DNA of 64,000 nt from Candidatus Kerfeldbacteria bacterium (GCA_047946875.1 CP181398.1:79154-143153); one strand, 5' to 3'. Numbered from the stretch's first letter, positions 1 through 10,632 are shown. The notes: generated from the letters alone by a model not told the origin. Made by a program: numbers and translations.

Positions 1-1
1 A

Positions 2-292
2 AAATTCCAAAGAAAGATTGAAAATTTTAAATGTGAACATTGTGGGAAGGAAGTAAAGGGAAGTGGTTATACTAATCATTGCCCAAATTGTCTATGGAGT
101 AAGCATGTAGACATAAAACCTGGCGATCGCCAAGAATCTTGCCAGGGCATGATGGAACCAATTTCGGCAGTTTATAAAGAGGGGATATATGTGATACAGC
201 AAAGGTGTATAGATTGTAAAAAGATCATGAATATTAAATCAAATAAGATTGATAATTATGATAAAATTATTATTATTGTTAGTAATTCATAA
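2..292 (+). CDS. RNHCP domain protein (5' truncated by window edge)
   Basis: Manual translation of frame 2: KFQRKIENFKCEHCGKEVKGSGYTNHCPNCLWSKHVDIKPGDRQESCQGMMEP...RCIDC. Has CxxC, NHCPxCLWSKHVD and PGDR motifs. Stop TAA at 290-292. Confidence 0.85.
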   Translation, partial: KFQRKIENFKCEHCGKEVKGSGYTNHCPNCLWSKHVDIKPGDRQESCQGMMEPISAVYKEGIYVIQQRCIDCKKIMNIKSNKIDNYDKIIIIVSNS

Positions 293-307
293 AGTTAAAT
301 GCGCGTT

Positions 308-371
308 TTGACAGTTTTAGTTTGATGCAATATTATTTGTACAGTTGTTCAATCATTCAAATAATATTGAA
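308..371 (+). promoter_or_regulatory. sigma70 promoter plus candidate ArsR operator
   Basis: TTGACA (308-313), 17 bp spacer, TATTAT (331-336). Inverted repeat TTCAA-N6-TTGAA at 356-371, just before ATG 375. Confidence 0.65.
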
Positions 372-374
372 AAA

Positions 375-698
375 ATGATATTAGATAAAATTAAAATAAC
401 TAAGGAAAGAATTTGGCTTAATAATAAACATAATGTTATTAAGGAGTTCAGTATTAATGGACAGTTACTTTCTGACCCAACTAGGATTAAAATACTCCTG
501 TTATTGAAAAAGCAGGGCATACTTTGTGTTACAGATATTGCGGATATAATTGGTATTAGTATAAGTGCAGTTTCACACCAACTCAGCAAATTAGAAAGTA
601 TGAATTTTGTTAAAAGTGAGAAAATGGGAAAAACGGTTTGTTATTCCCCTGATAAAAAAATTACAAATGTTTTAAAAATAGCGAATTTAAAAATTTAA
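375..698 (+). CDS. ArsR/SmtB family transcriptional repressor
   Basis: LSDPTRIKILLLL...LCVTDIA...SISAVSHQLSKL...EKMGKTVCY wHTH signature. ATG 375 preferred over TTG 345. Confidence 0.9.
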   Translation: MILDKIKITKERIWLNNKHNVIKEFSINGQLLSDPTRIKILLLLKKQGILCVTDIADIIGISISAVSHQLSKLESMNFVKSEKMGKTVCYSPDKKITNVLKIANLKI

Positions 699-718
699 TT
701 AATTAAGGAAATAAATTT

Positions 719-871
719 ATGAGAAAACATGGAACAAATTGTGAATGTGGAATGTGTAAAGTGGGCAAGGCTATGGGTATGATAAAAAAACCCGAAAATA
801 GCAAAGAGCATAATCATGACCATAGTGATAATCATGAATACGATGAAAATCATAGCCATGAAGCAAAATAA
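719..871 (+). CDS. small Cys/His-rich putative metal-binding (metallothionein-like) peptide, 50 aa
   Basis: Manual translation MRKHGTNCECGMCKVGKAMGMIKKPENSKEHNHDHSDNHEYDENHSHEAK. AAGGAA upstream. Lies 20 bp after the ArsR gene. Confidence 0.7.
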   Translation: MRKHGTNCECGMCKVGKAMGMIKKPENSKEHNHDHSDNHEYDENHSHEAK

Positions 872-954
872 TCATTACTTGTAACTACTAATTAAATAAT
901 TAGGGTTTTTATTTTTCGTTAGATAAGTTAAAATGAATATAGAAATTATTTAAT

Positions 955-2211
955 ATGAAAAAAAATTATCAAGTAGAGTTACTAGCGCCAGCAGGATCAT
1001 ATGAATCATTAATGGCTGCAATAAATAATGGAGCTAATGCTGTTTATTTTGGTGTTGGTAAAATTAATATGCGTTCAGTATCAGCAGCAAATTTTAATTT
1101 AGTTGATTTGAAAAAAATAGCAAAGATATGTTTAAAGCATAAAATAAAATCGTATTTAACTGTTAATACTGTTCTGTATGATCAAGACCTTAAAATGATG
1201 AGAAATCTTATTGATACGGCCAAAGAAAATAAAATTAGTGCTGTGATAGTCTCTGACATGGCCGCTATCCAATATGCTTATAGTATAAAAATGCCACTGC
1301 ATATTTCTACTCAACTATCAGTTTCTAATGTGGAGTCAGTAAAATTTTTTAGTCAATATGCTCAGCAAATAGTTTTGGCACGTGAACTTAATTTGAGTAT
1401 GATTTCTAATATAAGTAAGGAAATTAAAAAACAAAAAATTACTAATCCAGATGGCGACTTAATTCCACTAGAAGTTTTCGTGCATGGGGCACTTTGCATT
1501 GGAATCTCTGGACGTTGTTCTATGAGTCTTTATAATACAAATACTTCAGCCAATAGAGGAGCATGTCGTCAAATGTGTAGACGTAAGTATAGAGTTATAG
1601 ATATGGAGACAGATAAAGAAATGGTTCTGGACAATGAATTTGTAATGAGTCCAAAAGACATTTGTACAATTGGATTTTTGAAAGACTTTTTGTCCGCTGG
1701 TGTATCTAGTCTTAAAATAGAGGGTCGTGGTAGATCTCCAGAATATGTAGCTACTGTTATTAAGGCTTATCGAGAAGCAATAGATAGTATTAATGATGGT
1801 ACATATACTTTGAAAAAAGCTCTTGCCTGGGAAAAAGAGTTAGGTACAGTTTTTAATCGTGGAATGAGTGATGGTTATTATTTAGGTAAACCGCTTCACG
1901 AATGGTCCGCCACTGCAAACAGTCAAGCAAGTGAGAAAAAGTATTTTGCAGGTGTAATAACTCATTATTTCCCTCAAGCAAAGGTGGCAGAAATAAATCT
2001 TCAGGCTACTGATATTAAAGTTGGTGATAAATATTCTATAGCTGGTACAACTACCGGTGCATTGTTTGGGAAGGTAAAATCTATTCAACTTGAAGATGAA
2101 ACAAAAGTAAAAAAAGTAAAAGCAAAACAAATTATTACTATACCAGTAGAAAAATTAGTTAGAGAAAATGATAGGATGTATATAATTAAAGAAAGAAAAG
2201 TTTTTGACTAA
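955..2211 (+). CDS. peptidase U32 family protein (TrhP/RlhA-like RNA hydroxylation protein)
   Basis: ELLAPAG, HISTQ, HGALC-x-SGRC...NRGACRQMCR Fe-S cysteines, LKIEGR. Confidence 0.9.
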   Translation: MKKNYQVELLAPAGSYESLMAAINNGANAVYFGVGKINMRSVSAANFNLVDLKKIAKICLKHKIKSYLTVNTVLYDQDLKMMRNLIDTAKENKISAVIVSDMAAIQYAYSIKMPLHISTQLSVSNVESVKFFSQYAQQIVLARELNLSMISNISKEIKKQKITNPDGDLIPLEVFVHGALCIGISGRCSMSLYNTNTSANRGACRQMCRRKYRVIDMETDKEMVLDNEFVMSPKDICTIGFLKDFLSAGVSSLKIEGRGRSPEYVATVIKAYREAIDSINDGTYTLKKALAWEKELGTVFNRGMSDGYYLGKPLHEWSATANSQASEKKYFAGVITHYFPQAKVAEINLQATDIKVGDKYSIAGTTTGALFGKVKSIQLEDETKVKKVKAKQIITIPVEKLVRENDRMYIIKERKVFD

Positions 2212-2356
2212 TAATATAATAACAAAAAATATTATTTTGCTATTGTTTTTTATTTAAAAGTGTGCTATTATATAAAAGTAAATTTTGGTTTTTAGAAATA
2301 AAAAAATATTTTTAATTTAAATACATTAACTTTATTTCGAAAGGGGGTGAAAGAGA

Positions 2357-2518
2357 ATGCCAAAGAAAAAAGTTGCTAAAAAGAAACCGGCAAAAAGAAA
2401 AGTTGCCAAAAAGAAAGTAGCAAAAAGAAAAGTTGCTAAAAAGAAACCGGCAAAAAGAAAAGTTGCCAAAAAGAAAGTAGCAAAAAGAAAAGTTGCTAAA
2501 AAAAGAAAAAAAAGATAA
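2357..2518 (+). CDS. histone H1-like Lys-rich repeat protein, 53 aa
   Basis: MP-(K[KR]K[VP]A)x9-KKRKKR. Strong SD AAGGGGGTGA at 2341-2350. Followed by a terminator. Confidence 0.8.
   Translation: MPKKKVAKKKPAKRKVAKKKVAKRKVAKKKPAKRKVAKKKVAKRKVAKKRKKR
2371..2500 (+). repeat. 60-bp exact tandem repeat (2 copies plus partial) built from 15-bp subunits
   Basis: 2371-2430 is identical to 2431-2490. Confidence 0.95.
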
Positions 2519-2532
2519 ATTTAGAAAATTTA

Positions 2533-2563
2533 CTTAAAGGCGACTTCAAAGGTCGCTTTTAAG
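2533..2563 (+). terminator. intrinsic terminator-like hairpin
   Basis: CTTAAAGGCGAC-TTCAAAG-GTCGCTTTTAAG. Confidence 0.65.
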
Positions 2564-2630
2564 GTTGCAAAATGTTAAAATTATCGATAAGATTAATGCA
2601 ATAATTATTTTTCATAATTAGATAAAATTA

Positions 2631-3323
2631 ATGGAGAATCCAAATCTTCCAAAACATATAGCAATTATCATGGATGGTAACCGTCGTTGGGCAAAAGAAC
2701 GAGGATTACCTTCTTTTGATGGTCATTGGGAGGGTTATAATACATTAAAGAAAATAACACGACATTGTTTTAATAAGGGAATTAAAGTACTTACTGTTTA
2801 TGCCTTTTCAACAGAAAACTGGGATAGACCAGAGGTTGAAATTAAGGTTATTTTTAAAATCCTAATACATGGTTTAAATAAAGAGATTAAGGAATTTGTA
2901 AAAGAGGGTATAAAAGTAAATTTTATTGGACAAACTGAAAAATTTCCAGTTGAAATCAAGAAGAAGTTAGATTCTGCTATGAAAAAAACATCTGGTAATA
3001 ATAATGCAATATTAAATGTTGCTATTAATTATGGTGGTAGAGCAGAAATTGTTGATACTATTAAAAAGTTGATCAATCAAGGACATAAAGCTAATGAAAT
3101 TTCGGAAGAGTTAGTTTCTAAAAATTTATATAATGGATTGCTTCCTGATCCAGATTTAATCATTAGGACGTCTGGTGAAAAAAGGTTGTCTGGGTTTCTT
3201 TTGTGGCAAAGTGAGTATTCTGAATTATTATTTACAGATAAATATTGGCCTGATTTTTCTGAAAAAGATTTTGATGAAGCATTGGAGGAATACCAGTTAC
3301 GCAAAAGAAGGTTTGGAAAATAA
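2631..3323 (+). CDS. uppS: undecaprenyl diphosphate synthase
   Basis: HIAIIMDGNRRWA, YAFSTENW, DLIIRTSGEKRLSGFLLWQ. Confidence 0.95.
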   Translation: MENPNLPKHIAIIMDGNRRWAKERGLPSFDGHWEGYNTLKKITRHCFNKGIKVLTVYAFSTENWDRPEVEIKVIFKILIHGLNKEIKEFVKEGIKVNFIGQTEKFPVEIKKKLDSAMKKTSGNNNAILNVAINYGGRAEIVDTIKKLINQGHKANEISEELVSKNLYNGLLPDPDLIIRTSGEKRLSGFLLWQSEYSELLFTDKYWPDFSEKDFDEALEEYQLRKRRFGK

Positions 3324-3326
3324 AAT

Positions 3327-4388
3327 ATGCAAAAAAATTTTTTTAAAACTCACAAGTCTGAATTAGACGCCACATTAAATAATTTCTTTTCTAATGAGTT
3401 TATTCGTATTAGTAAGTATGATAAATTTAACGCCGAAATAATAAAGCAGCTAAGAGATTTTACAATGCGCCGTGGCGCAAAAAGAATCAGAGGGATGCTT
3501 GTATTGTTAGGTTTTTTATCGAATCCAAAAAATAAACTTACAAAGGATATATTCAAAGTGGCAGCTGCTTATGAAATTTTACATTCATATTTACTGATTC
3601 ATGACGATATAATTGATCAAGATGAAGAACGTAGAGGTAAACCTACTTTACATGTATTATTCCAAAAATTTGCGCCACCAAATTCTTCGAATTTTGAGAA
3701 GAAAAAAATAGGTGAAGATATTGCAATAATTATTGGTGATTTGGCAAATATTTTTTCTCAAAAATTATTATTAGAGACAAATTATTCAGTAAATAAAAAA
3801 GTTGAAGTACAAAAATATATTAATAATGTTTTAGAAGCCACTTGCAGTGGTCAAATTCTAGATATTTTATCATTACCAAACAAATTACCAAATTTAAAGC
3901 AACAACAAAGTCGTTACTTACAAAAAACAGCTATATATACGATTGAAGCACCATTTTTAGTTGGTTTAAGTTTTGGGAAAGGTATTATAAATAAAAGATT
4001 ATTCAGGAAATTTGCTAATAATGTAGGATTAGCCTTTCAATTAGCTGACGATGTTCATAATATTTTTGGATCTAGTTTGGCTACTAGACAATCAGATTTA
4101 CAAGCTGGTAAAGTTACTTATCTAATTTCATTAGCAATAAAGAAATCAAAGTATAAAAGATTAATTCTGAATATTCTTAAGAAGAACAAAAAAAATAAAC
4201 AAGATCTATTAAAATTAAGAAGGTTGTTAATAGAAAGTGGAGGATATCAATGTGCTATGTCAATTATATATGACAATTTTAATCAAGCGGAAAAAATATT
4301 AAAAGATTTTGTTTTACCTGAGAATATAACAAATCAGTTACATTTTTTTCTAAATAAATTAAAAAATAAATTGCCTGAGGCAAATTAA
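3327..4388 (+). CDS. polyprenyl (trans-isoprenyl diphosphate) synthase
   Basis: LIHDDIIDQDEERRGKPT first Asp-rich motif, GQILD, KTA, FQLADD. Confidence 0.85.
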   Translation: MQKNFFKTHKSELDATLNNFFSNEFIRISKYDKFNAEIIKQLRDFTMRRGAKRIRGMLVLLGFLSNPKNKLTKDIFKVAAAYEILHSYLLIHDDIIDQDEERRGKPTLHVLFQKFAPPNSSNFEKKKIGEDIAIIIGDLANIFSQKLLLETNYSVNKKVEVQKYINNVLEATCSGQILDILSLPNKLPNLKQQQSRYLQKTAIYTIEAPFLVGLSFGKGIINKRLFRKFANNVGLAFQLADDVHNIFGSSLATRQSDLQAGKVTYLISLAIKKSKYKRLILNILKKNKKNKQDLLKLRRLLIESGGYQCAMSIIYDNFNQAEKILKDFVLPENITNQLHFFLNKLKNKLPEAN

Positions 4389-4439
4389 GATAAATAAAAA
4401 ATCCCTGATAGTATAAAAATAATGATTAGGGATAATTTA

Positions 4440-4616
4440 TTATTTACTTTTTTTTGTTGCAGTTTTAATGCAACGTGCACAAGCTCTAACTTTTTTATTT
4501 TCGTGTAGAGTTTTTTGTAAGTTTATATGCTGTTTTCTTTTACTGGAGATGTTAGAATGACTTCTACTGTTACCAGTCAAAGCTCCACGTCCACAAATTT
4601 GACATACTTTTGACAT
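4440..4616 (-). CDS. rpmB: 50S ribosomal protein bL28 (Zn-type)
   Basis: Manual translation MSKVCQICGRGALTGNSRSHSNISSKRKQHINLQK...VRACARCIKT, 58 aa. Confidence 0.92.
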   Translation of the reverse strand: MSKVCQICGRGALTGNSRSHSNISSKRKQHINLQKTLHENKKVRACARCIKTATKKSK

Positions 4617-4699
4617 ACGGTTGTGATAATTGTTTAAATTGATATAATTACACTATCATAATTAATATAATTAGACAAGACTATACTTCTATATAAAAT

Positions 4700-5347
4700 A
4701 TGATCATACAATTACTATTTTCTGAGCCATTATTATTTGTTGCAATTTTTGTTGCGCTCGTTGCTTCTATTACAGTGCACGAATTTTCGCATGTTTTATC
4801 AGCTAGACTTCAGGGTGATCTCACTGGTGAATCAATGGGACGATTAACTTTAAATCCATTCTCGCACTTGGATCCATGGGGGACTGTTGCCATACTGTTA
4901 ATTGGGTTTGGCTGGGGTAAACCTGCTCCATTTAATCCTTATAATCTCAAATATAAACGTTTTGGCCCCGGATTAGTTGCTATAGCTGGGCCTCTTTCGA
5001 ATTTAGCAATGATTATTATTTTTGGTATAGTTTTAAAATTTTTATATCCAATGCTAGGACCAGATAACTACTTGTCAATATTTTTAATAATTTTAGTTAG
5101 TTTTAATGGTATTTTAATGATATTTAATTTAATTCCAATACCACCACTAGATGGATCACATATTTTAGAAGGTTTTTTAGGAAGAAAGTTCTCAAATATT
5201 TCATTACAGCTTAAAACTTATGGGCCTAGAGTATTATTTGGTTTAATTTTTGTTTCAATATTTTTAAATATTCCAATTTTTAGTTATATAATTAGCCCAA
5301 TTTTAGGATTGATTAGCAAAATTTTTGGGGTACCGGTGTTATTCTAA
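4700..5347 (+). CDS. site-2 protease (M50) family membrane metalloprotease
   Basis: HEFSH, GRLTLNP, AGPLSN, FNLIPIPPLDG. Confidence 0.92.
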   Translation: MIIQLLFSEPLLFVAIFVALVASITVHEFSHVLSARLQGDLTGESMGRLTLNPFSHLDPWGTVAILLIGFGWGKPAPFNPYNLKYKRFGPGLVAIAGPLSNLAMIIIFGIVLKFLYPMLGPDNYLSIFLIILVSFNGILMIFNLIPIPPLDGSHILEGFLGRKFSNISLQLKTYGPRVLFGLIFVSIFLNIPIFSYIISPILGLISKIFGVPVLF

Positions 5348-5471
5348 AGTTCTCATTTTTTATTATAGCTAAATGTTTGACACGGTGATATTCTTGTGTT
5401 ATGCTGGTTTTACTTTTGGTATCATTATAAGGTACTTTTTTATTATATAAATTAGATTTTTTAAAGAAATT

Positions 5472-5894
5472 ATGCCTACAATTAGTCAATTGGTCAGAAA
5501 AGGCCGTAAAACATCAAAAAAGAAGTCAAAAACACCTGCTTTGCAACCTGTTTTGAATACGATTCGTAGAAAAAAAACAGAATTACCAAAAGGTTCTCCT
5601 TTTAAAAGAGGGGTATGTGTAAAAGTGACTACAGTTACTCCTAAAAAACCTAATTCTGCATTAAGAAAAATTGCTCGTGTACGTTTATCTAATGGAATGG
5701 AAGTAACAGCTTATATTCCAGGAGTAGGACATAATTTACAAGAGCATTCTATTATTTTGCTAAGAGGTGGAAGAGTAAAAGATCTTCCGGGTGTTAGATA
5801 TCATGTTGTAAGAGGAGTATATGATACTCAGGGTGTAGCAGATCGAAAACAAAGTCGAAGTTTATACGGAGCAAAGAAAGAAAAAACTAAATAA
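5472..5894 (+). CDS. rpsL: 30S ribosomal protein uS12
   Basis: [21 protein letters not shown]. Confidence 0.99.
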   Translation: MPTISQLVRKGRKTSKKKSKTPALQPVLNTIRRKKTELPKGSPFKRGVCVKVTTVTPKKPNSALRKIARVRLSNGMEVTAYIPGVGHNLQEHSIILLRGGRVKDLPGVRYHVVRGVYDTQGVADRKQSRSLYGAKKEKTK

Positions 5895-5915
5895 ATTTTT
5901 AAGTTTTATTAATAT

Positions 5916-6380
5916 ATGAGAGGAAAACAAGCGCCAAAAAGAAAAATTGAACCAGATCCGAAGTATGATAATGTAGTCCTGGCAAAATTGATAAATTTAA
6001 TCATGTTAAAAGGGAAGAAATCAACTGCACAAACAGTTGTTTATGGTGCTTTAGATTTTATTCAAGAAAAAACAAAGAAAGACCCAATTACCATATTTGA
6101 GAAAGCTATGAGTAATGTTTCACCTGTTTTAGAAGTTAAATCAAGAAGAATTGGTGGTGCTAATTATCAAGTGCCTATTGAAGTAAAAGGGGACAGAAAA
6201 ATGGCCTTAGCAATGAGATGGATTATTGGAGCGTCTAGGTCACGAAAAGGTAAAGCAATGAAATTAAAATTAGCTCAAGAATTACTTGATGCATCAGAAA
6301 AGCAGGGAGAAGCAATGAAAAAAAGAGAAGATGTGCATAGAATGGCTGAAGCAAATAGAGCTTTTGCGCATTTCGCCTAA
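5916..6380 (+). CDS. rpsG: 30S ribosomal protein uS7
   Basis: RRIGGANYQVP, HRMAEANRAFAH. Confidence 0.99.
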   Translation: MRGKQAPKRKIEPDPKYDNVVLAKLINLIMLKGKKSTAQTVVYGALDFIQEKTKKDPITIFEKAMSNVSPVLEVKSRRIGGANYQVPIEVKGDRKMALAMRWIIGASRSRKGKAMKLKLAQELLDASEKQGEAMKKREDVHRMAEANRAFAHFA

Positions 6381-6448
6381 GTCGCCCAACAAGGAAAGTG
6401 TTGAGCTTTTTTAGTTTAAGTAAATTATTAACATATTAGAAAAATTTT

Positions 6449-8524
6449 ATGTCTAGAGAGTATAGTTTAGAAAATACAAGAAATATTGGTATTATTGCCC
6501 ATATTGATGCAGGTAAAACAACAGTTACTGAACGTGTTTTATATTACACTGGAGCAAAGCATAAAATTGGTGAGGTTCATGAAGGTGAAGCCGAGATGGA
6601 TTGGATGGAACAAGAAAAAGAACGTGGTATTACTATTACATCTGCTGCAACAACTTGTTTCTGGAAAGATAACCGTATAAATATTATTGACACGCCAGGG
6701 CATATTGATTTTACAGTTGAAGTACAAAGATCTCTTCGTGTTTTAGATGGTGGATTTATTGTTTTTGATGGTGTAGCAGGAGTAGAACCACAGTCTGAAA
6801 CTGTTTTTCATCAAGCTGAGAAATTTGAAGTGCCTTTGATGGCATTTATTAATAAAATGGATAGAACTGGAGCTGATTTTTATGCCGATATAGATTCTAT
6901 TAAAGAAAGATTAACTGAGAATGTGTTACCTATTCAATTACCAATTGGTGCAGAAGAAAATTTTAAAGGAATTATTGATTTAATGGAAAATAAGGCAGTT
7001 ATATATAAGGATGATATGGGAAAAGAATTTGAAGAAGTAGAGATACCAGAAGATATGAAAGAAAAATCAGAAAAATATCGTAGCGAAATGATAGAAAAAA
7101 TTGCCGAGCAGGATGATGAAATGCTACAAAAATATTTAGATGGTCAAGAAATAACTGTTGAAGAATTAAAAAAGGTTTTAAGAAAAGCAACTATTGAAAG
7201 GACTATTATGCCTTTATTAGTTGGCTCTGCTCTAAAGAATAAAGGTGTACAGTATTTACTTGACGCTGTGATTGATTATTTACCATCGCCACTGGATGTA
7301 GCAGCAGTAACAGGAGTAGATCAAAAAGGTGAAGAAATTGAACGAAAAACTTCTGATGAAGAGCCGTTTGCTTCATTGGCATTTAAAGTGGCAACAGATC
7401 CATTTGTTGGGACTTTATCATTTTTTAGAGTATATTCTGGTACATTAGAAGCTGGATCTTATGTTTTGAATAATAGAACTGGGAAGAAAGAAAGAGTTGG
7501 AAGGATAGTTGTAATGCATGCAAATAAGAGAGAAGAAGTTAAAAAAGTATATGCAGGTGATATTGCCGCAGCTGTTGGTTTAAAAGAAACAACAACAGGT
7601 GATAGTTTAACTGATGTTGATAATCCTATTATATTAGAGTCAATTGATTTTCCAGCTCCAGTTATTTCTGTAGCTATTGAACCTAAGACTAAACAAGATC
7701 AAGAAAAAATGGGAACAGCATTATCAAAATTGACTCAAGAAGATCCAACTTTTCAAGTAGAAACTGATGAGGAAACTAATCAAACTATTATTAAAGGAAT
7801 GGGTGAATTGCACCTTGATGTTTTGGTAGATAGAATGAAACGAGAATTTAAAGTTGAAGCTACTGTTGGTAAGCCTCAAGTAGCTTATAAAGAAACAATT
7901 CAAAAAATTGCAGAAGCAGAGGGTAAATATATCAGACAGTCTGGTGGTCGTGGTCAATATGGTCATTGTGTTATTCGAATAGAACCAAAAGAAAGAGGTG
8001 AAGGATTTGAATTTGAAGATAAAGTTAAAGGTGGTGCTATACCTCAAGAATTTATTCCGCCGATTGAAAAAGGTATTAAGGAAGCGATGAGCAAAGGAGT
8101 ATTAGCACATTATCCAATGGTTGATATAAAGATTACATTACTTGATGGTTCATATCATGATGTTGATTCATCTGAATCAGCTTTTAAAATTGCTGGATCA
8201 ATGGCCTTCCAAACTGCTTCAAAAAAAGCTGGTTTAGTATTACTTGAGCCTGTTATGCAAATTGAAGTGGTTACTCCTGAGAATTTTATGGGGGATGTTA
8301 TTGGTGATTTAAATTCCAAAAGAGCCACTATTCAAGAAATGAGAGATCGTGGTAATATGAAAGTAATAGACGCTGAGGTACCACTAGCAGAAATGTTTGG
8401 ATATGCCACTCAATTAAGATCAATGTCTCAGGGAAGAGCATCATATTCCATGGAATTTGCTAATTATCAAGTCGTACCAAAGAATGTGGTTGAAACAATT
8501 ATTGGTGAAGATAAGGATAAATAA
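6449..8524 (+). CDS. fusA: elongation factor G
   Basis: [28 protein letters not shown]. Confidence 0.99.
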   Translation: MSREYSLENTRNIGIIAHIDAGKTTVTERVLYYTGAKHKIGEVHEGEAEMDWMEQEKERGITITSAATTCFWKDNRINIIDTPGHIDFTVEVQRSLRVLDGGFIVFDGVAGVEPQSETVFHQAEKFEVPLMAFINKMDRTGADFYADIDSIKERLTENVLPIQLPIGAEENFKGIIDLMENKAVIYKDDMGKEFEEVEIPEDMKEKSEKYRSEMIEKIAEQDDEMLQKYLDGQEITVEELKKVLRKATIERTIMPLLVGSALKNKGVQYLLDAVIDYLPSPLDVAAVTGVDQKGEEIERKTSDEEPFASLAFKVATDPFVGTLSFFRVYSGTLEAGSYVLNNRTGKKERVGRIVVMHANKREEVKKVYAGDIAAAVGLKETTTGDSLTDVDNPIILESIDFPAPVISVAIEPKTKQDQEKMGTALSKLTQEDPTFQVETDEETNQTIIKGMGELHLDVLVDRMKREFKVEATVGKPQVAYKETIQKIAEAEGKYIRQSGGRGQYGHCVIRIEPKERGEGFEFEDKVKGGAIPQEFIPPIEKGIKEAMSKGVLAHYPMVDIKITLLDGSYHDVDSSESAFKIAGSMAFQTASKKAGLVLLEPVMQIEVVTPENFMGDVIGDLNSKRATIQEMRDRGNMKVIDAEVPLAEMFGYATQLRSMSQGRASYSMEFANYQVVPKNVVETIIGEDKDK

Positions 8525-8544
8525 TAAGTATTAACCAAAATAAT

Positions 8545-9108
8545 ATGTCCAGAAAGATCGCCCATAAAAATATACAAGCTTCCTGGAGTGGACTAGTATT
8601 ATTAGTAGTTGTAGCAATGTTGATTGGAATATATTTTTTAAGGATTGATTCAAGCTATGATCTTGTCCCATATAATATTGATCCAAATTTGGTAGTATAT
8701 AAAACAAATGTGGCAATTGCAGCTGAAGAGACTATAAAAAAGGTAGAATATAAAGATGATAACTATAATTTTAAGACTAATTATTCTGAGGATTGGAAAT
8801 CAGAAAATGAAATTACAGGAGAAGGTGAAAATGTTATATCTTCAGTAACTTTTACCAAGGGCATAGAATCGGTAAGTATAAGTGTGATGGCACAATCAAT
8901 GGAAGGAGTAGTTAAAAATTCAATAAATATTGACAAAGAGACTAATATTAAGGTGAATAGTCAAGATGCAGTAAGAATTGACGGTGGAAGTAGCAAAGAT
9001 GGTTCTGATATTACAATGATATTGCTTAAAAATAATGATAATTTGTACGTTTTTCAAGGTATTGGACAAGAATTTGAGGATATAGTAAGATATTTTGAAA
9101 TATACTAG
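8545..9108 (+). CDS. membrane-anchored hypothetical protein, PsbP/Mog1-like extracellular domain
   Basis: N-terminal TM, then YKDDNYNFKTNYSEDW and beta-rich IKVNSQDAVRI pattern. Confidence 0.55.
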   Translation: MSRKIAHKNIQASWSGLVLLVVVAMLIGIYFLRIDSSYDLVPYNIDPNLVVYKTNVAIAAEETIKKVEYKDDNYNFKTNYSEDWKSENEITGEGENVISSVTFTKGIESVSISVMAQSMEGVVKNSINIDKETNIKVNSQDAVRIDGGSSKDGSDITMILLKNNDNLYVFQGIGQEFEDIVRYFEIY

Positions 9109-9358
9109 ATATTTGAGTAATATAAGTATCCACATATGTGGGGATAAATATTAATTAGTAAGTAGTAATAATCTAATAATATGTCGAATATTTGCTAATA
9201 TTAGCAAAATAATAATTAAATATAGAGTTTTAAAATTTATTAAATTCTGATTAAAGCTATAGGCCTTGCATAATATAAATAAGGTTGCTATAATCAAAAT
9301 TGCAAATTATTACATAAATAAATAAAAAAAATAACTAAACTTAAGGAAACTAATCACT

Positions 9359-10543
9359 ATGGCAGACAAATTTGAACGAAATAAAACACACGTAAATGTT
9401 GGTACTATTGGTCACGTTGATCATGGTAAAACAACTTTAACAGCCGCAATTCTAAAGACTTTAGGAGATAAAGGTTTAATTGCGCAGTCAAAATCTGTGG
9501 ATCAAATTGATAATGCTCCAGAAGAAAAAGAACGTGGCATTACTATTGCAACAGCTCATGTAGAATATGAGTCAGAAACAAGACATTATGCTCATATTGA
9601 TTGTCCGGGTCATGCTGATTACGTTAAAAATATGATTACTGGTGCCGCTCAAATGGACGGTGCTATTTTAGTAGTATCTGCAGCTGACGGCCCTATGCCC
9701 CAGACTAGAGAACATATTCTATTAGCTAGACAGGTTGGTGTGCCAAATATTATTGTTTTCTTGAATAAAGTTGACATGGTTGATGATAATGAATTGATTG
9801 ATTTAGTAGAAGTTGAAGTTCGTGATTTATTAAATAAATACGAATATGATGGTGATAATGCATCAATTATTAAAGGTTCTGCTTTGAAGGCTTTAGAAGG
9901 TGATGAGAAATATCAAGAAGCAATTATGGAATTAGTAAAAGCTTTGGACGAAAAAATTCCAGAACCAAAAAGAGATGTTGATAAACCATTTTTAATGCCC
10001 GTTGAAGATATTTTTTCAATTGAAGGACGTGGTACGGTTGTTACTGGTAAAATTGATAGAGGTATTGTAAAAGTAAATGAAGAAATTGAAATTGTTGGTA
10101 TTCATGATACAACAAAAACTGTAGTAACAGGTATAGAGATGTTTAATAAGCAATTAGATGAAGGTAGAGCAGGTGATAATGCTGGTATCTTATTGCGTGG
10201 AACAAAAAAAGAAGACATTGAAAGAGGACAAGTTATTGCTAAACCAGGAACAGTTACCCCTCATACAGAATTTGAAGGAGAAATTTATGTTTTAACAAAA
10301 GAGGAAGGTGGACGTCACACTCCATTTTTCAAAGGTTATAAACCACAATTCTTCATTAGAACTACTGATGTAACTGGCGACGTTGAATTACCTGAAAACA
10401 CAGAGATGGTTATGCCAGGAGATACAGTTAAATTAAAAATCAAGTTATTGATGCCGATTGCTTTAGAAGAGCAACAAAGATTTGCTATTCGTGAAGGTGG
10501 TAGAACTGTAGGAGCTGGCGTGGTAACAAAAATATTCAAATAA
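9359..10543 (+). CDS. tuf: elongation factor Tu
   Basis: [30 protein letters not shown]. Confidence 0.99.
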   Translation: MADKFERNKTHVNVGTIGHVDHGKTTLTAAILKTLGDKGLIAQSKSVDQIDNAPEEKERGITIATAHVEYESETRHYAHIDCPGHADYVKNMITGAAQMDGAILVVSAADGPMPQTREHILLARQVGVPNIIVFLNKVDMVDDNELIDLVEVEVRDLLNKYEYDGDNASIIKGSALKALEGDEKYQEAIMELVKALDEKIPEPKRDVDKPFLMPVEDIFSIEGRGTVVTGKIDRGIVKVNEEIEIVGIHDTTKTVVTGIEMFNKQLDEGRAGDNAGILLRGTKKEDIERGQVIAKPGTVTPHTEFEGEIYVLTKEEGGRHTPFFKGYKPQFFIRTTDVTGDVELPENTEMVMPGDTVKLKIKLLMPIALEEQQRFAIREGGRTVGAGVVTKIFK

Positions 10544-10547
10544 TATA

Positions 10548-10600
10548 TTTATGTAAGCAAGAGGAATTTTAAATAAAGTTCCTCTCTCGCTTATATAAAA
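10548..10600 (+). terminator. long hairpin between tuf and rpsJ
   Basis: TTATGTAAGC..AGAGGAAT / GTTCCTCT..GCTTATATAA. Confidence 0.5.
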
Positions 10601-10632
10601 ACAGTTTATTAAAATTCAAAATAGAAAATTTC

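Noticed and set aside
9120-9300. Replication origin
   Set aside because: Only two imperfect boxes, the trio-like tract is on the wrong side of the box, there is no dnaA/dnaN, and gene orientation does not switch
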